From an uncultured delta proteobacterium (lineage in GTDB: Bacteria > Myxococcota_A > UBA9160 > SMWR01): a DNA stretch of 64,000 bases. The stretch is from NCBI GenBank assembly GCA_963832165.1, contig CAWHTE010000001.1:320001-384000 (forward strand). Direction: 5' to 3'. The notes beneath the pieces were generated by a model. It was not told the DNA's origin. It worked only from the letters and a program-made list of their open reading frames with translations, and searched no databases. Shown one piece after another: positions 19,196 through 31,123 of the stretch. Each line of letters begins with the position of its first letter. Position 1 is the first letter of the stretch. Made by a program: the position numbers and the translations under genes.

Positions 19196-20113
19196 CTACA
19201 CCTCGGGCATCGGGTAGCCGTCGACGATCGGCTTCTGCTTCTCGAAATGGGGGCCGAGATGGCGGTGCAGGCCCTCCACGGTCCAGGCCGTGTCGTTGTC
19301 GAATACCTCGCCGTGCGCGGGCCGGGCCATCACGACCACCTGCTTGCCCCACACGATGAACAGCTGCGCGGTGATGTTCTGCGCGGCCGGACTCGCCAGG
19401 TAGGCGAACAGCGGTGAGCTGTTGGCCGGGTTCATGTTGTCGAAGCCCTCGGGCGGCGCTTCGAACATCTTCCCGAACGGTCCCTGCAGCGTCATGCGCG
19501 TGCGCGCGCGCGGCATCACCACATTGGCCGTGCCGCCGTACTTGAGCAGCACCTTGGCCGTGCCCATCGTGAACGACACGATGCCGGCCTTGGCGGCCGC
19601 GTAGTTCGGCTGGCCCGGGGTCCCGAACAGGAACGATTCGGATGCGGTGCTGATCACGCGCGCGTAGACGGGGCCGCCGATGGCCTTCGACCGCTCGCGC
19701 CAGTAGATCGACGCGAACTTCTGCGGTGCGAAGTGGCCCTTCAGGTGCACGCGCACGACGTTGTCGAAGTCCTCCTCGGTCATGTTGAAGATCACCGAGT
19801 CGCGCGTGAACCCCGCGTTGCAGATCAGGATGTTGAGATCGCCGAACGCGTCCACGGCGGTCTTGATCAGCGCCTGCGCGTCGTTCCAGCTCGCGACATC
19901 GCCGAAGTGCGGCACGGCTTCGCCGCCGAGCTTCTCGATCTCCTCGACCACCGCGCGCGCGGCCGATTCGTCGCGTCCCTTGCCGTCGGCCGTGGTGCCG
20001 AGGTCGTTCACGACGATGCGCGCACCCTGGCGCGCGAGCTCGAGCGCGTGCGACTTGCCGAGTCCGTTCGCGGCGCCCGTGATGACTGCGACCTTGCCTT
20101 CCAGCGTTCCCAT
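19196..20113 (-). CDS. SDR oxidoreductase (3-hydroxyacyl-CoA dehydrogenase / FabG-like, MFE-2 type)
   Basis: TGAANGLG, VVNDLG, CNAG, VHLKGH and NYAAAKAG. Confidence 0.92.
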   Translation of the reverse strand: MGTLEGKVAVITGAANGLGKSHALELARQGARIVVNDLGTTADGKGRDESAARAVVEEIEKLGGEAVPHFGDVASWNDAQALIKTAVDAFGDLNILICNAGFTRDSVIFNMTEEDFDNVVRVHLKGHFAPQKFASIYWRERSKAIGGPVYARVISTASESFLFGTPGQPNYAAAKAGIVSFTMGTAKVLLKYGGTANVVMPRARTRMTLQGPFGKMFEAPPEGFDNMNPANSSPLFAYLASPAAQNITAQLFIVWGKQVVVMARPAHGEVFDNDTAWTVEGLHRHLGPHFEKQKPIVDGYPMPEV

Positions 20114-20114
20114 A

Positions 20115-22274
<2,160 letters not shown>

Positions 22275-22278
<4 letters not shown>

Positions 22279-23249
22279 AGAGCCAGGCGATTGCGCTGCG
22301 CACGACGGGGGGTCCCGAGGTATTGCATCTCGAAGAGCGCGAGCTCGCGCAGCCGAGCCCGGGCCAGGTACGGATCCGGACCCGCGCGATCGGCGTGAAC
22401 TACATCGACGTCTACTTCCGCACCGGGGCCTATCCGCGCCCGCTGCCGTTCGTCGCGGGCCTCGAGGGCGCCGGCGAGATCGAGTCCGTAGGCGCCGACG
22501 TGCGCGATCTACGCGCGGGCGACCGCGTGGCGTGGTCGTCGGTGCCCGGGTCCTATGCGAGCGGAGTGCTCGCACCGGCCGCGAACGTCGTCCGCGTCCC
22601 CGATGGCGTGGACGATGCGGTCGCGGCCGCGGCGATGCTCCAGGGCATGACCGCGCACTATCTGGTGCACGGCGTGCGCGAGACGCGGTCCGGAGACACA
22701 GCACTCGTGCACGCGGCAGCGGGCGGCGCGGGACTCCTGCTCGTCCAGATGCTCAAGAACGCCGGCGCGGTCGTGGTCGGCACCTGCTCGACGGCCGAGA
22801 AGGAGGCGCTCGTGCGCGCGGCCGGAGCGGACCACGTGATCCGCTACACCGAGCGCGAGTTCGCGCCCGAGCTGCGCGAGTGGACGCGCGGGCGCGGCGC
22901 CGACGTCGTCTACGACTCGGTCGGCGCCACCACGTTCGAGGGCAGCCTCGCGTCACTGCGGCCGCGCGGGCTGCTCGTACTGTTCGGTCAATCGTCGGGT
23001 CCGGTACCGCCGTTCGACCTGGCTCGGCTCAACGCGCTGGGCTCGCTCTTCGTGACGCGCCCGTCGCTCGCGCACTACACGCTCGACCGCGCCGAGCTCG
23101 AGCTGCGCGCGGGCGCGGTGTTCGATGCGATCGCATCGGGCCGCCTGCACGTGCGGATCGGCGCCGAGTTTCCGCTCGCGCGCGCGGCCGACGCGCACCG
23201 CGCGCTCGAGAGCCGCGCCTCGACCGGCAAGATTCTGCTGCGGCCGTAG
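22275..23249 (+). CDS. qor: NADPH:quinone oxidoreductase (zeta-crystallin MDR)
   Basis: GVNYID...RTG, QGMTAHYL, HAAAGGAG, YDSVG and GSLFVTRPSL. Confidence 0.93.
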
Positions 23250-24101
23250 CTACGAGAGCTCGACGACCCCGGCCCAGAGCAGCGCGCCGAGCACGGCGCT
23301 GAGCGCGATCCGATACCAGCCGAACGGCGCGAGTCCGTGCCGCTCGAGGAAGCGCACGAGCCAGCGCACGGCGACCGCCGCCGAGAGCGCGGCGACCGCG
23401 AAGCCGATCGCGGTCGCGCCGACGCCGAGCGCTTCGAAGAGGTTCGGCGCGCCGGTGCGCGAGGACGCGAGCAGGTTCTGGAGCAGCTTGTACGCGCACG
23501 CGGCGCCGAGCGTGGGGACGCCGAGCAGGAACGAGAACTCGGCCGCAGCGCTGGCGCGCAGGCCCAGGAGCACTCCGCCCGCGATCGCCATCATCGAACG
23601 CGAGGTCCCGGGCCACATCGCGGCACATTGGAACAGGCCGATCGCGAGCGCGGAGCGCGCGGTGAGCGACTCGAGCCCGGCGCCCTGCGCGGGCGTACGC
23701 GAGCGGTCGAGCCAGATCATCCAGAGCCCGCCCAACAACAGCGCCTCGAGCACGGGCACGGGCCGGAACAGGTAGTGCTCGATCGTGTCGGCGAGCAGCG
23801 GCCCGAGCAGCACCGCGGGTGCGAACGCGAGCGCCACGCGTGAGAGCAGGCGCAGGCCCGCCGGATCGCGGCCGACGAGCCCGCGCGCCATCTGGGCGAC
23901 GCGCTGCGCGTAGAGCCCGAGCACGGCGAGGATCGCGCCGCCCTGGATCGCCACCTCGAACGCGGCGAGCGCGTCGTGTTGCTCGGGGCGATCGAGCCCG
24001 AGCAGCGAGGACGCCAGGATCAGATGGCCCGTGGACGAGATCGGCAGGAATTCGGTGATGCCCTCGACCAGCCCGAGCAGCGCGGCCTGCCACCACTCCA
24101 T
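23250..24101 (-). CDS. uppP: Undecaprenyl-diphosphate phosphatase
   Basis: EGITEFLPISSTGH, PGTSRS and AEFSFLL. Confidence 0.95.
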   Translation of the reverse strand: MEWWQAALLGLVEGITEFLPISSTGHLILASSLLGLDRPEQHDALAAFEVAIQGGAILAVLGLYAQRVAQMARGLVGRDPAGLRLLSRVALAFAPAVLLGPLLADTIEHYLFRPVPVLEALLLGGLWMIWLDRSRTPAQGAGLESLTARSALAIGLFQCAAMWPGTSRSMMAIAGGVLLGLRASAAAEFSFLLGVPTLGAACAYKLLQNLLASSRTGAPNLFEALGVGATAIGFAVAALSAAVAVRWLVRFLERHGLAPFGWYRIALSAVLGALLWAGVVELS

Positions 24102-24105
24102 TCGA

Positions 24106-25366
24106 CTACCCCTCTGCGGGCTCGCCGCGCGAGACCACGACCGCGGCCGCGAGATCGCCCGTGACGTTCACGGCCGTTCGGCACATGTCGAGGAAGCGGT
24201 CGACGCCGAGCACGATGCCGATTGCCTCGACGGGCACGCCGATCATGCCCAGGATCATCGCGATCACGGGCAGCGAGCCCGCCGGAACGCCGGCCGTGCC
24301 GATGCCGCCGAGCACGCAGATGAACGCGGTGGTGGCCTGCTGTCCCAGCGTCAGCTCGACGCCGAAGAACTGCGCGAGGAAGAGGACCGTGACGCCCTCG
24401 AACAGTGCCGTGCCGTTCTGGTTCGCGGTCGATCCCAGCGTGAGCACGAAGCGGGAGACGTGGGGAGGAAGGCGCAGCTCGTGCTCGGCTACCCAGAGCG
24501 CGGTGGGCAGCGTCGCGTTGCTCGACGCGGTGGAGAACGCCGTGACGGTGGCGGCGCGCGTGGCGCGGAAGAAGTGATAGCGGACTCATGCCCCCGAGCC
24601 AGCGCACCGATGCCCCGTACACGACGAACTGCTGCAGCAAGAGGCCGATCAGCACGACCGCCACGTAGGCCGCGAGCCGCACGAACAAGTCCAGGCCGAG
24701 TCGCCACGCGAGCGTGAACACGAGACACGCTACGCCGACGGGCGCGATCCGGATCACGAGACTCAGCAGGTGCATCGTGACGTCCTGGAGTCCGCGCAGC
24801 CCGTCGGTGAGCTTGCGCACCGACTCTCCGGGCGCCGTCGCGAGGCCGATCCCGAGCACGATCGCGAACACCATCACCGCGAGCATGTCGCCCTCGGCCA
24901 TCGCCTTCACGACGTTCGCAGGCACCAGGTTGATCAGGAAGTCCACGCCGCTGCGGCCAGCGGCGCTCACCGTGGCGGGCAGCTTCGCGCCTTCGCCGAG
25001 CCGCTCGAGCAGCGCGGGGTCGAGGCCCACGCCCGGCTCGAGCGCGTTCACGAGGCCCACGCCGATCGCCACCGCGATCGTCGAGACCACCGCGGTGTAG
25101 GCGAGCGTCCGCAGTCCGATCCGACCCACGCGGCGCAGATCGCCGAGGTCCGCGATCGAGAGCGCGAGCGCGGACAGGACCAACGGGATCACGAGCACGA
25201 AGAGCAGGCGCAGGAAGATCTGACCCGCGGGCTCCACCGCATATCGCACGATCGCGTCGACGACGGTCGATCCCGCGAGCAGCGCATGCGCGGCGGTCCC
25301 GAGCGCGAGGCCGAGTGCCAGGCCCGCGAGCATCTGGAACGGGAGGCGTTCCGACATCCCGTTCAT
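24106..25366 (-). CDS. Dicarboxylate/amino acid:cation symporter (GltP/DAACS), one frameshift near 24577
   Basis: The N-half is in ORF 24020..25387. Removing one base gives MSPL-HFFRATRAATVTAFSTASSNATLP...TANQNGTALFE...GVDRFLDMCRTAVNVTGD. Confidence 0.9.
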
Positions 25367-25692
25367 CGCCGCGCGCGCGGACGCCACCCGTAGCGGGTGA
25401 GATCGGCGCGGCCGGACTTGTCGAAGCGGACTCCCTCGCGCTCGAGCAGCGCGCGCTGGACGCGGTCGCCGCCGGGCTCTGCGCGCGGGCTCACGCGCCC
25501 CTGCGCGTTGAGCACGCGGTGCCAGGGCAGGCGATCGTCGGAGTCGACCGAATGGAGCGCATAGCCCACCTGGCGCGCGTGACCCCCGAGCCCCGCGATC
25601 TGGGCGACTTGTCCGTAGGTGGCGATCCGGCCGCGCGGGATGCGCCGGACTACGGCGTAGATGCGCCGATAGCTGTCGCTCTGGGCCGCCAT
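25363..25692 (-). CDS. Alkyltransferase-like protein (ATL/YbaZ, MGMT family without the acceptor Cys)
   Basis: IPRGRIATYGQVA, ARQVG and PWHRV (Trp in place of the Cys of PCHRV). Confidence 0.92.
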   Translation of the reverse strand: MAAQSDSYRRIYAVVRRIPRGRIATYGQVAQIAGLGGHARQVGYALHSVDSDDRLPWHRVLNAQGRVSPRAEPGGDRVQRALLEREGVRFDKSGRADLTRYGWRPRARR

Positions 25693-25797
25693 CGCCGGAT
25701 CATCGCAGATCCGCGCGTGGCGCGGGATCACCTGCTGCGAGCGCGCTTCGCTGCCGCGTGCTCAGTCGGGTATCCTGACGGACCTCATCAGGTCCCC

Positions 25798-26565
25798 ATG
25801 CCCGTCCTGCTCGTCGAGAAGTCCGGCGGGATCGCCACGATCACACTGAACCGCCCCGAAGCGCTGAATGCGCTCAACGCAGAGCTGCGGGGAGAGATCG
25901 AGCGGGCGTTTCGCGATCTCGCCAAGGACGCGGAGGTTCGCGTCGCGATCGTGACCGGCGCCGGACGCGCCTTCTCTGCGGGCATCGACTTGAAGGAGCT
26001 CTCGAGCGCTTCGCTCGATCGCTCGGGCGCCGCCGACTACGACATGATCGGCGCGATCCACGATTTCGAAGCGCCCGTGATCGGCGCGATCAACGGGCAC
26101 GCGATCACGGGGGGCTTCGAGCTCGCGCTCGCTTGCGATGTGTTGATCGCGAGCGGGAGCGCGGTGTTCGCCGACACCCACGCGCGCGTGGGCATCGTGC
26201 CGGGCTGGGGACTCTCGCAGAAGCTGCCGCGCCTGATCGGGATCGGGCGCGCGAAGGAGATCTCGTTCACGGGCAATTTCATCGGCGCCGAGCAGGCCGA
26301 GCGATGGGGGCTCGTGAACCGCGTGGTGCCCGCGGAAGAGCTCCTACCCGCCTGCCGGCAGCTCGCGCTCGACATGCTCTCGTGCGACCCGCCCTCGCTG
26401 CGGCGCTACAAGCAGATGATCGACCGCGGATACGCGGTCGCGTTCGACGAAGCCCTCGCGCTCGAGCGGCGGGTCTCGCGCGAGCACCTGGCCGGCGTGA
26501 CCTCCGACGCGGTCGCCGCGAGGCGCGCCGGCATCCAGGACCGCGGGCGCAAGCAGCAGCGGTGA
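25798..26565 (+). CDS. Enoyl-CoA hydratase family protein
   Basis: LNRPEALNAL, FSAGIDLKE, AITGGFELALACD and FADTHARVG. Confidence 0.92.
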   Translation: MPVLLVEKSGGIATITLNRPEALNALNAELRGEIERAFRDLAKDAEVRVAIVTGAGRAFSAGIDLKELSSASLDRSGAADYDMIGAIHDFEAPVIGAINGHAITGGFELALACDVLIASGSAVFADTHARVGIVPGWGLSQKLPRLIGIGRAKEISFTGNFIGAEQAERWGLVNRVVPAEELLPACRQLALDMLSCDPPSLRRYKQMIDRGYAVAFDEALALERRVSREHLAGVTSDAVAARRAGIQDRGRKQQR

Positions 26566-26575
26566 GAGGGCGCCG

Positions 26576-27272
26576 ATGATCAAGCTCTATGGCGCCGCCC
26601 ACGTTCCCTACACCGAGAAGGTTCGGCGGGCACTGCTCTACAAGCGCCTCGCCTTCGACTTCCAGGAGCCCACCGCGCCCGAGGACTATCAGCGATGGAA
26701 TCCGAAGAGCGGGATGTTGCCCGTGATCCACGTCGGCGAGGAGCTGATCGAGGACTCCACGCAGATCCTGTTCGCGCTCGAAAGGCTCTATCCCGATCCT
26801 CCGCTGCTCGCGCCGGACCCGATGGTGGCGAGCCAGCAGCGCCAGCTCGAGGACTGGGCCGACGAGTCGTTTCTCTGGTACTGGATGAAATATCGGCGCA
26901 TGATCGGCGAAGCGGTCGTCGTGCCGCTCAAGCTCGGATCGGCGTCATCGCAGCCGCTAGGCGACGAGCGCAGCGGACCGCTGCGGCGCCTCGCGCGCGT
27001 GGCTGCGCGCAGGCGGCACCTGGGAGCGCCCGATCACGGGCCTGCATCGCGAGCTCGGATCGCGCATGGACGACCTCGTGAACTTCCTCGGCGCGCGGCC
27101 GTTCTTCTACTCGGAACGGCTCTCGATGGCCGACCTCGGCGTGTACGCGATGCTGTTCACGATGCGGCGCGACGCGATTCCGGGCTCGGCGCGGCTCCTG
27201 GCCGCGCGCCCGACCCTCGTGGCGTTCATGGCGCGCGTCGAGGAGGCGACCGACGGCGCCACCCGCCCGTGA
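26576..27272 (+). CDS. Glutathione S-transferase family protein, frameshift near 26999
   Basis: N-domain MIKLYG..VPYTEKVRRAL..K...LPV...IEDSTQI. After a +1 shift it continues WLRAGGTWERP...DDLVNFLGARPFFYSERLSMADLGVYAML. Confidence 0.8.
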
Positions 27273-28000
27273 CGCGCGCGGAGAAGGCGCGGCGGATCGC
27301 TCGGATCCTCGATCGTCTCCACCCCGAGGAGCGCGTCCCGCTCGACCACGTCGACCCGTACACGCTGCTCGTCGCGGTGATCCTCTCGGCGCAGTGCACG
27401 GACGAGCGCGTGAACCAGGTGACGCCGGCGCTGTTCGCGCGCGCGTCGACGCCCGATGCGATGGCGAAGCTGTCGGTGGCCGAGATCGAGCGGATGATCC
27501 GCTCGTGCGGGCTCGCGCCTGCCAAGGCCAAGGCGATTCACGCGCTGTCGGAGATCCTGCGCGACCAGTACGGCGGGCGCGTCCCGGCCGACATGGATGC
27601 ACTCGAGGCGCTGCCCGGCGTCGGCCACAAGACCGCGAGCGTGGTGATGGTGCAGGCGTTCGGCGTTCCGGCCTTCCCCGTCGACACCCACATCCACCGC
27701 CTCGCCGCTCGCTGGGGCCTCTCGCGCGCCCGCAACGTGGTGATGGTGGAGCGCGACCTCAAGGCGCTGTTCGCGCAGGAGGACTGGGGCAAGGTGCACC
27801 TCCAGCTCATCATGTTCGGGCGCGCGCACTGCCCCGCGCGCGGTCACGACCTGCGCGCGTGTCCGATCTGCTCGTGGGCTGCCTCGAAGGCGCGGATCGC
27901 GCGCGAGATGGGAATCAGGCGTTCGGGATCGCGTCGGGATCCATCCAGAACACTTCCCAGTGATGGCCGTCGGGGTCGTAGAAGCTCCAGCCGTACATGA
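27269..28000 (+). CDS. nth: Endonuclease III (HhH-GPD DNA glycosylase)
   Basis: LLVAVILSAQCTDERVN, LPGVGHKTA and FPVDTHIHR. GTGA overlap with the GST stop. The 3' end overlaps the convergent VOC gene, so the true stop is uncertain. Confidence 0.93.
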   Translation: MTRAEKARRIARILDRLHPEERVPLDHVDPYTLLVAVILSAQCTDERVNQVTPALFARASTPDAMAKLSVAEIERMIRSCGLAPAKAKAIHALSEILRDQYGGRVPADMDALEALPGVGHKTASVVMVQAFGVPAFPVDTHIHRLAARWGLSRARNVVMVERDLKALFAQEDWGKVHLQLIMFGRAHCPARGHDLRACPICSWAASKARIAREMGIRRSGSRRDPSRTLPSDGRRGRRSSSRT

Positions 28001-28326
28001 AGCCGTGGTCCTGCGGTTCCATCGCGTGCTTGCCGCCCGCGGCGACCGCGGCGTTCACGAGGTCGTTCACCTCCTGCCGGCTCGCGCACGAAACCGAGAG
28101 CAGCGCCTCGGTGTGGGTGGCCGTCTCGCAGATCTCCTTGCTCGTGAACTCGGCGAACTTGTCCGGGACGAGCAGCATCACGAACGCCTCGTCGGAGACG
28201 ATCATGCAGGTCGCGGTTCGTCCGTGAACGCGGATTGAAGGTGAATCCGAGCTCGTGAAGAAGTCGACGGACCGCTCGAGGTCGCGGACGGCGAGATTGA
28301 CGAAGAGCTTGCGCGATGGCTGCCAT
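27915..28326 (-). CDS. VOC/glyoxalase family protein with several frameshifts in its 5' part
   Basis: Reconstructed across about four indels: SRKLFVNLAVRDLERSVDFFT.LGFTFNP.FTDE..TCMIVSDEAFVMLL...DHGFMYGWSFYDPDGHHWEV. GGAG RBS before ATG 28326. Confidence 0.85.
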
Positions 28327-28389
28327 GGCGATCTCCTGTTGAATGGGCGCTCGTGGATGTGACGCGCGAGCGCGCGCCGATTCGACAGC

Positions 28390-29082
28390 CTAGCGGCCGT
28401 ATTCGTCGTGGCGGCGCCACCATCGGTAGGGCGGAGTCTGCGGGTAGCCCTCCGGCGAGTCCTCCCACTCCTCCTGGCGGCCCAGCGGCGTCAGGTCGAG
28501 CAGGGTCCAGACCGGGCCGAGTGTCTCGACGCCGCGGTGCTGCGTGAAATAGGTCCGGAATACCTCGCCGCCGTCGCGCACGAACACGGAGAGGCCGAAC
28601 ATCTCGCCGTCCTGGTCCTGGTCCGGCTGCGGCCGCTCCGGGCCCAGGCCGAAATCGTGGCTGAAGGAGGTTTCGAACGACGAGACCCACGGAATCCTCC
28701 AACCCATGCGCTGGCGGTAGGCCTCGATCTTGGCGATCGGCGCGCGCGAGACGGCCGCGAACGAGGTGTCGCGCGCGTGCAGGTGCGGGAGCGGGCAGAT
28801 CTGGTCGAGGACCATCGAGCAGCCGGTGCAGCCCGCGTCCTGGTTCGGGCCGAACATGAAGTGGTAGAGGAGCAGCTGGCGGCGCCCCTCGAAGAGGTCG
28901 AGCAGACTCGCTTTGCCCGCCGGGCCCTCGAAGGTGTAGTCCTTCTCGATCCGGACGCGGGGCAGCCGGCGGCGCTCGGCGGCCAGCTTGTCGCGCGCGC
29001 GCGTGGCCCTCTTCTCCTTCGCGAGCAGCTTGTTCCGGGCGGTCTGCCACACCTCTTCCGAGACGATCCGCGGATACTTCAT
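28390..29082 (-). CDS. DUF899 thioredoxin-like protein
   Basis: LAAERRRLP, LLDLFEGRRQLLLYHFMF, GCTGCS and LDLTPLGRQE.WEDSP.G.PQ. Confidence 0.93.
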   Translation of the reverse strand: MKYPRIVSEEVWQTARNKLLAKEKRATRARDKLAAERRRLPRVRIEKDYTFEGPAGKASLLDLFEGRRQLLLYHFMFGPNQDAGCTGCSMVLDQICPLPHLHARDTSFAAVSRAPIAKIEAYRQRMGWRIPWVSSFETSFSHDFGLGPERPQPDQDQDGEMFGLSVFVRDGGEVFRTYFTQHRGVETLGPVWTLLDLTPLGRQEEWEDSPEGYPQTPPYRWWRRHDEYGR

Positions 29083-29145
29083 GGGTGCTCTCCTTCCTCT
29101 CTCTTTGGAGACGAACGAGCGCGCCCGAGTGCGACATTTTCGCGA

Positions 29146-29621
29146 TTATTTTCGGCCCCGCGGGTCGTCGGCGGGGTTCACGTACGTGATCGTCCAGGGG
29201 CCCTTGCCGTGCAGCTGCAGCACCGTCTCGCCTTCCGTGTAGGCGAAGTGCTTCATGCCGATCGGCCAGAAGCCGAACGAGCCCGCGGGCATCGGACGCG
29301 TCTTCGCGCGGTCGAACTTCTCGCCCATCCCGAAGTGCAGCGTCCCCGCAATCACGGTCACGTGCTCGATCTGCGAGTGGAAGTGCGGCTTTACCTCGAA
29401 GTCGTCCGGGAGCTTCAGGCGCATCGTGAACATGCCTTCTTTCGCGGGATCGCCCTCGAGAACGGCCATCGCGGCGCCTTTCGCGAGCGTGGGCGGCCCG
29501 TCGCCCCATTTGATTTCGGATGACGGAAACAGACCCATGTCGCCGGCCGGCTTTTCGTGCTGGTCGGCTCCGACGGCGACGGCGAGCCACAGCGCGAGCG
29601 CGGTCGCAGCAGATGCATCAT
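29146..29621 (-). CDS. Secreted cupin-domain protein, frameshift near 29610
   Basis: GDPAKEGMFTMRLKLP...PHFH...EHVTVIAG...MKHFA. One added base restores the signal peptide MMHLLATALALWLAVAVGA. Confidence 0.8.
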
Positions 29622-29876
29622 CGGGAATCTTCCTCTAACGATGGAATGTAGTCGAGGATCTTCTGTGTGGCCCTTTTGAGCGCCGCTTTGCCTTGACGGG
29701 AGGGGATTCGCGGGGTCTTCCATCCCGGTATGGCAGTTGAGGCGGCTGCCAGCACGATCTCGACGCAGTCCTTGCTGTCGCGCTCGATACACGCGACCGT
29801 CGCGAGCGCTCGACATCGGCTTCGGCCGGTCGCGGAAACCCTCGTCGACAGGATCGCCTACCTGCGCGCCGTACCC

Positions 29877-30152
29877 TTACTCGAGAGGCTCGTCTTCGAC
29901 CTCGATGACTTCGCCGGTGTCGGCATCGATCTCGACTTCCTTGACGATCTTCCCGCTCCGCTCGCCGGCCGGCTTGATTCTGAATTCGTAGATCAAGCGT
30001 CCATGCTCGCGGTCGAGCTCTTCGCTCCTCACCTCGCCGGGGACACTCGCCAGCGCCGTTTGCCGCGCCGTCTCTATCGGCACCTTCGCCTGGTCGAAGC
30101 ATCCAGTCGCGCAAACGACCGCAGCTCCGGAGATCGCGATGAATCGTTTCAT
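29877..30152 (-). CDS. PepSY domain lipoprotein
   Basis: MKRFIAISGAAVVCATGC lipobox-like signal; ARQTALASVPGEV...ELD.EHGRLIYEF...EVEIDADTGEVI. Confidence 0.85.
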   Translation of the reverse strand: MKRFIAISGAAVVCATGCFDQAKVPIETARQTALASVPGEVRSEELDREHGRLIYEFRIKPAGERSGKIVKEVEIDADTGEVIEVEDEPLE

Positions 30153-30166
30153 GATTCCCTTCGACC

Positions 30167-30838
30167 TCACGCAGCACCGCGCACGAGGTTGCGATTGAGC
30201 GCTCGTCGGCACTCGCTCCAGAAGTAGCCGAGCCACACCGTGATGCCGACGAACTTGAGGCCGTCCTCGTAGAAGGTGGCGGTTATTTCGGGCGGCATGT
30301 ACCCGAAGATGACGTCGATCGCGGCGGAGCTGCCCATCAGGCCGAGCGCGAGCACTAGCGCTCCCCAATTGCCGTCCAGCACGTATGCGCGGCAGCGGAA
30401 GATGTACAGCGCGACAACCGCCATGTACGCCGCGTAGGTCACCTTCTGCGGAATTCCGAACAGGGACCAGAACACGCCCTCGTGGAACATGAACAGGTCG
30501 TCCACGCAAAGGAACGCCGACAGCGCGGCCGCCCCGAGCAGGAAAGTGCGCGCAGCGCCGGTGACCGCGAGACCCGTGAAGCCGCAGAGAGCGGCTGACA
30601 TCGCCCAACACAGGATTCCGAGATTCGAGATCATGCCGTAATACGGCGGAACGTGGCCGAGCGCCGCGAGATCGCGCGTCAGCACGGCCAGGTCGAGTTG
30701 ATGGAGGGCGCCGACGACGCCGGCCACAATCACGAGCCCGAGCGCCGGCAGGGCGGTGCGCGACGCGATCCGGAGCGTCGGAGCGATCTGCCCGGCGAGG
30801 TCGATGTGGGGCATGCGATGCAAGTACGAGAGTGCCAC
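30167..30838 (-). CDS. Hypothetical multi-pass membrane protein
   Basis: About six TM segments with G.ISNLGI..W, DD.FM.HE and EDG.KF.G motifs. Start uncertain (30838 or 30814). Confidence 0.75.
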   Translation of the reverse strand: MALSYLHRMPHIDLAGQIAPTLRIASRTALPALGLVIVAGVVGALHQLDLAVLTRDLAALGHVPPYYGMISNLGILCWAMSAALCGFTGLAVTGAARTFLLGAAALSAFLCVDDLFMFHEGVFWSLFGIPQKVTYAAYMAVVALYIFRCRAYVLDGNWGALVLALGLMGSSAAIDVIFGYMPPEITATFYEDGLKFVGITVWLGYFWSECRRALNRNLVRGAA

Positions 30839-30929
30839 GGCAGCTCCGGTCCCCCCGCTCCGACGAGTCTAGAGGATTATGACGATGTGCTTAGCGCTGT
30901 CAGGATTTTTTGAGGATTATCTGTGATGA

Positions 30930-31090
30930 ATCCGGATGGCTACTCGCGATTTGCAAATTGGCGAATCTGCACGTACCGGAGACGCGCACGATCGATTTCG
31001 CGCCCACGCTGGCGGCACTTCACGGCGTGACATTACCGGACGCCGACGGCCAGTCGATCCCTGCACTCGTAGGCGCGACGATCGCGACTG
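30930..31090 (+). pseudogene. Possible C-terminal remnant of an alkaline-phosphatase/nucleotide-pyrophosphatase superfamily gene
   Basis: RTIDFAPTLAALHGVTLPDADGQSIP resembles the DxAPT...G...DG C-terminal signature; no N-terminal domain is present. Confidence 0.4.
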
Positions 31091-31123
31091 CGCGGCATGA
31101 GCCGCGCGCGGGCTCGTGCCCGG

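Noticed and set aside
26576..28000. Apparent 474-aa GST-endonuclease III fusion in the ORF track
   Set aside because: A +1 indel near 26999 diverts GST into the nth frame. The GST C-domain is intact in another frame and ends with a GTGA overlap at the nth start.
30897..30927. Pho box (CTGTCA...CTGTGA)
   Set aside because: The half-sites are 24 bp apart, not a multiple of 11, and do not sit upstream of the phosphatase.
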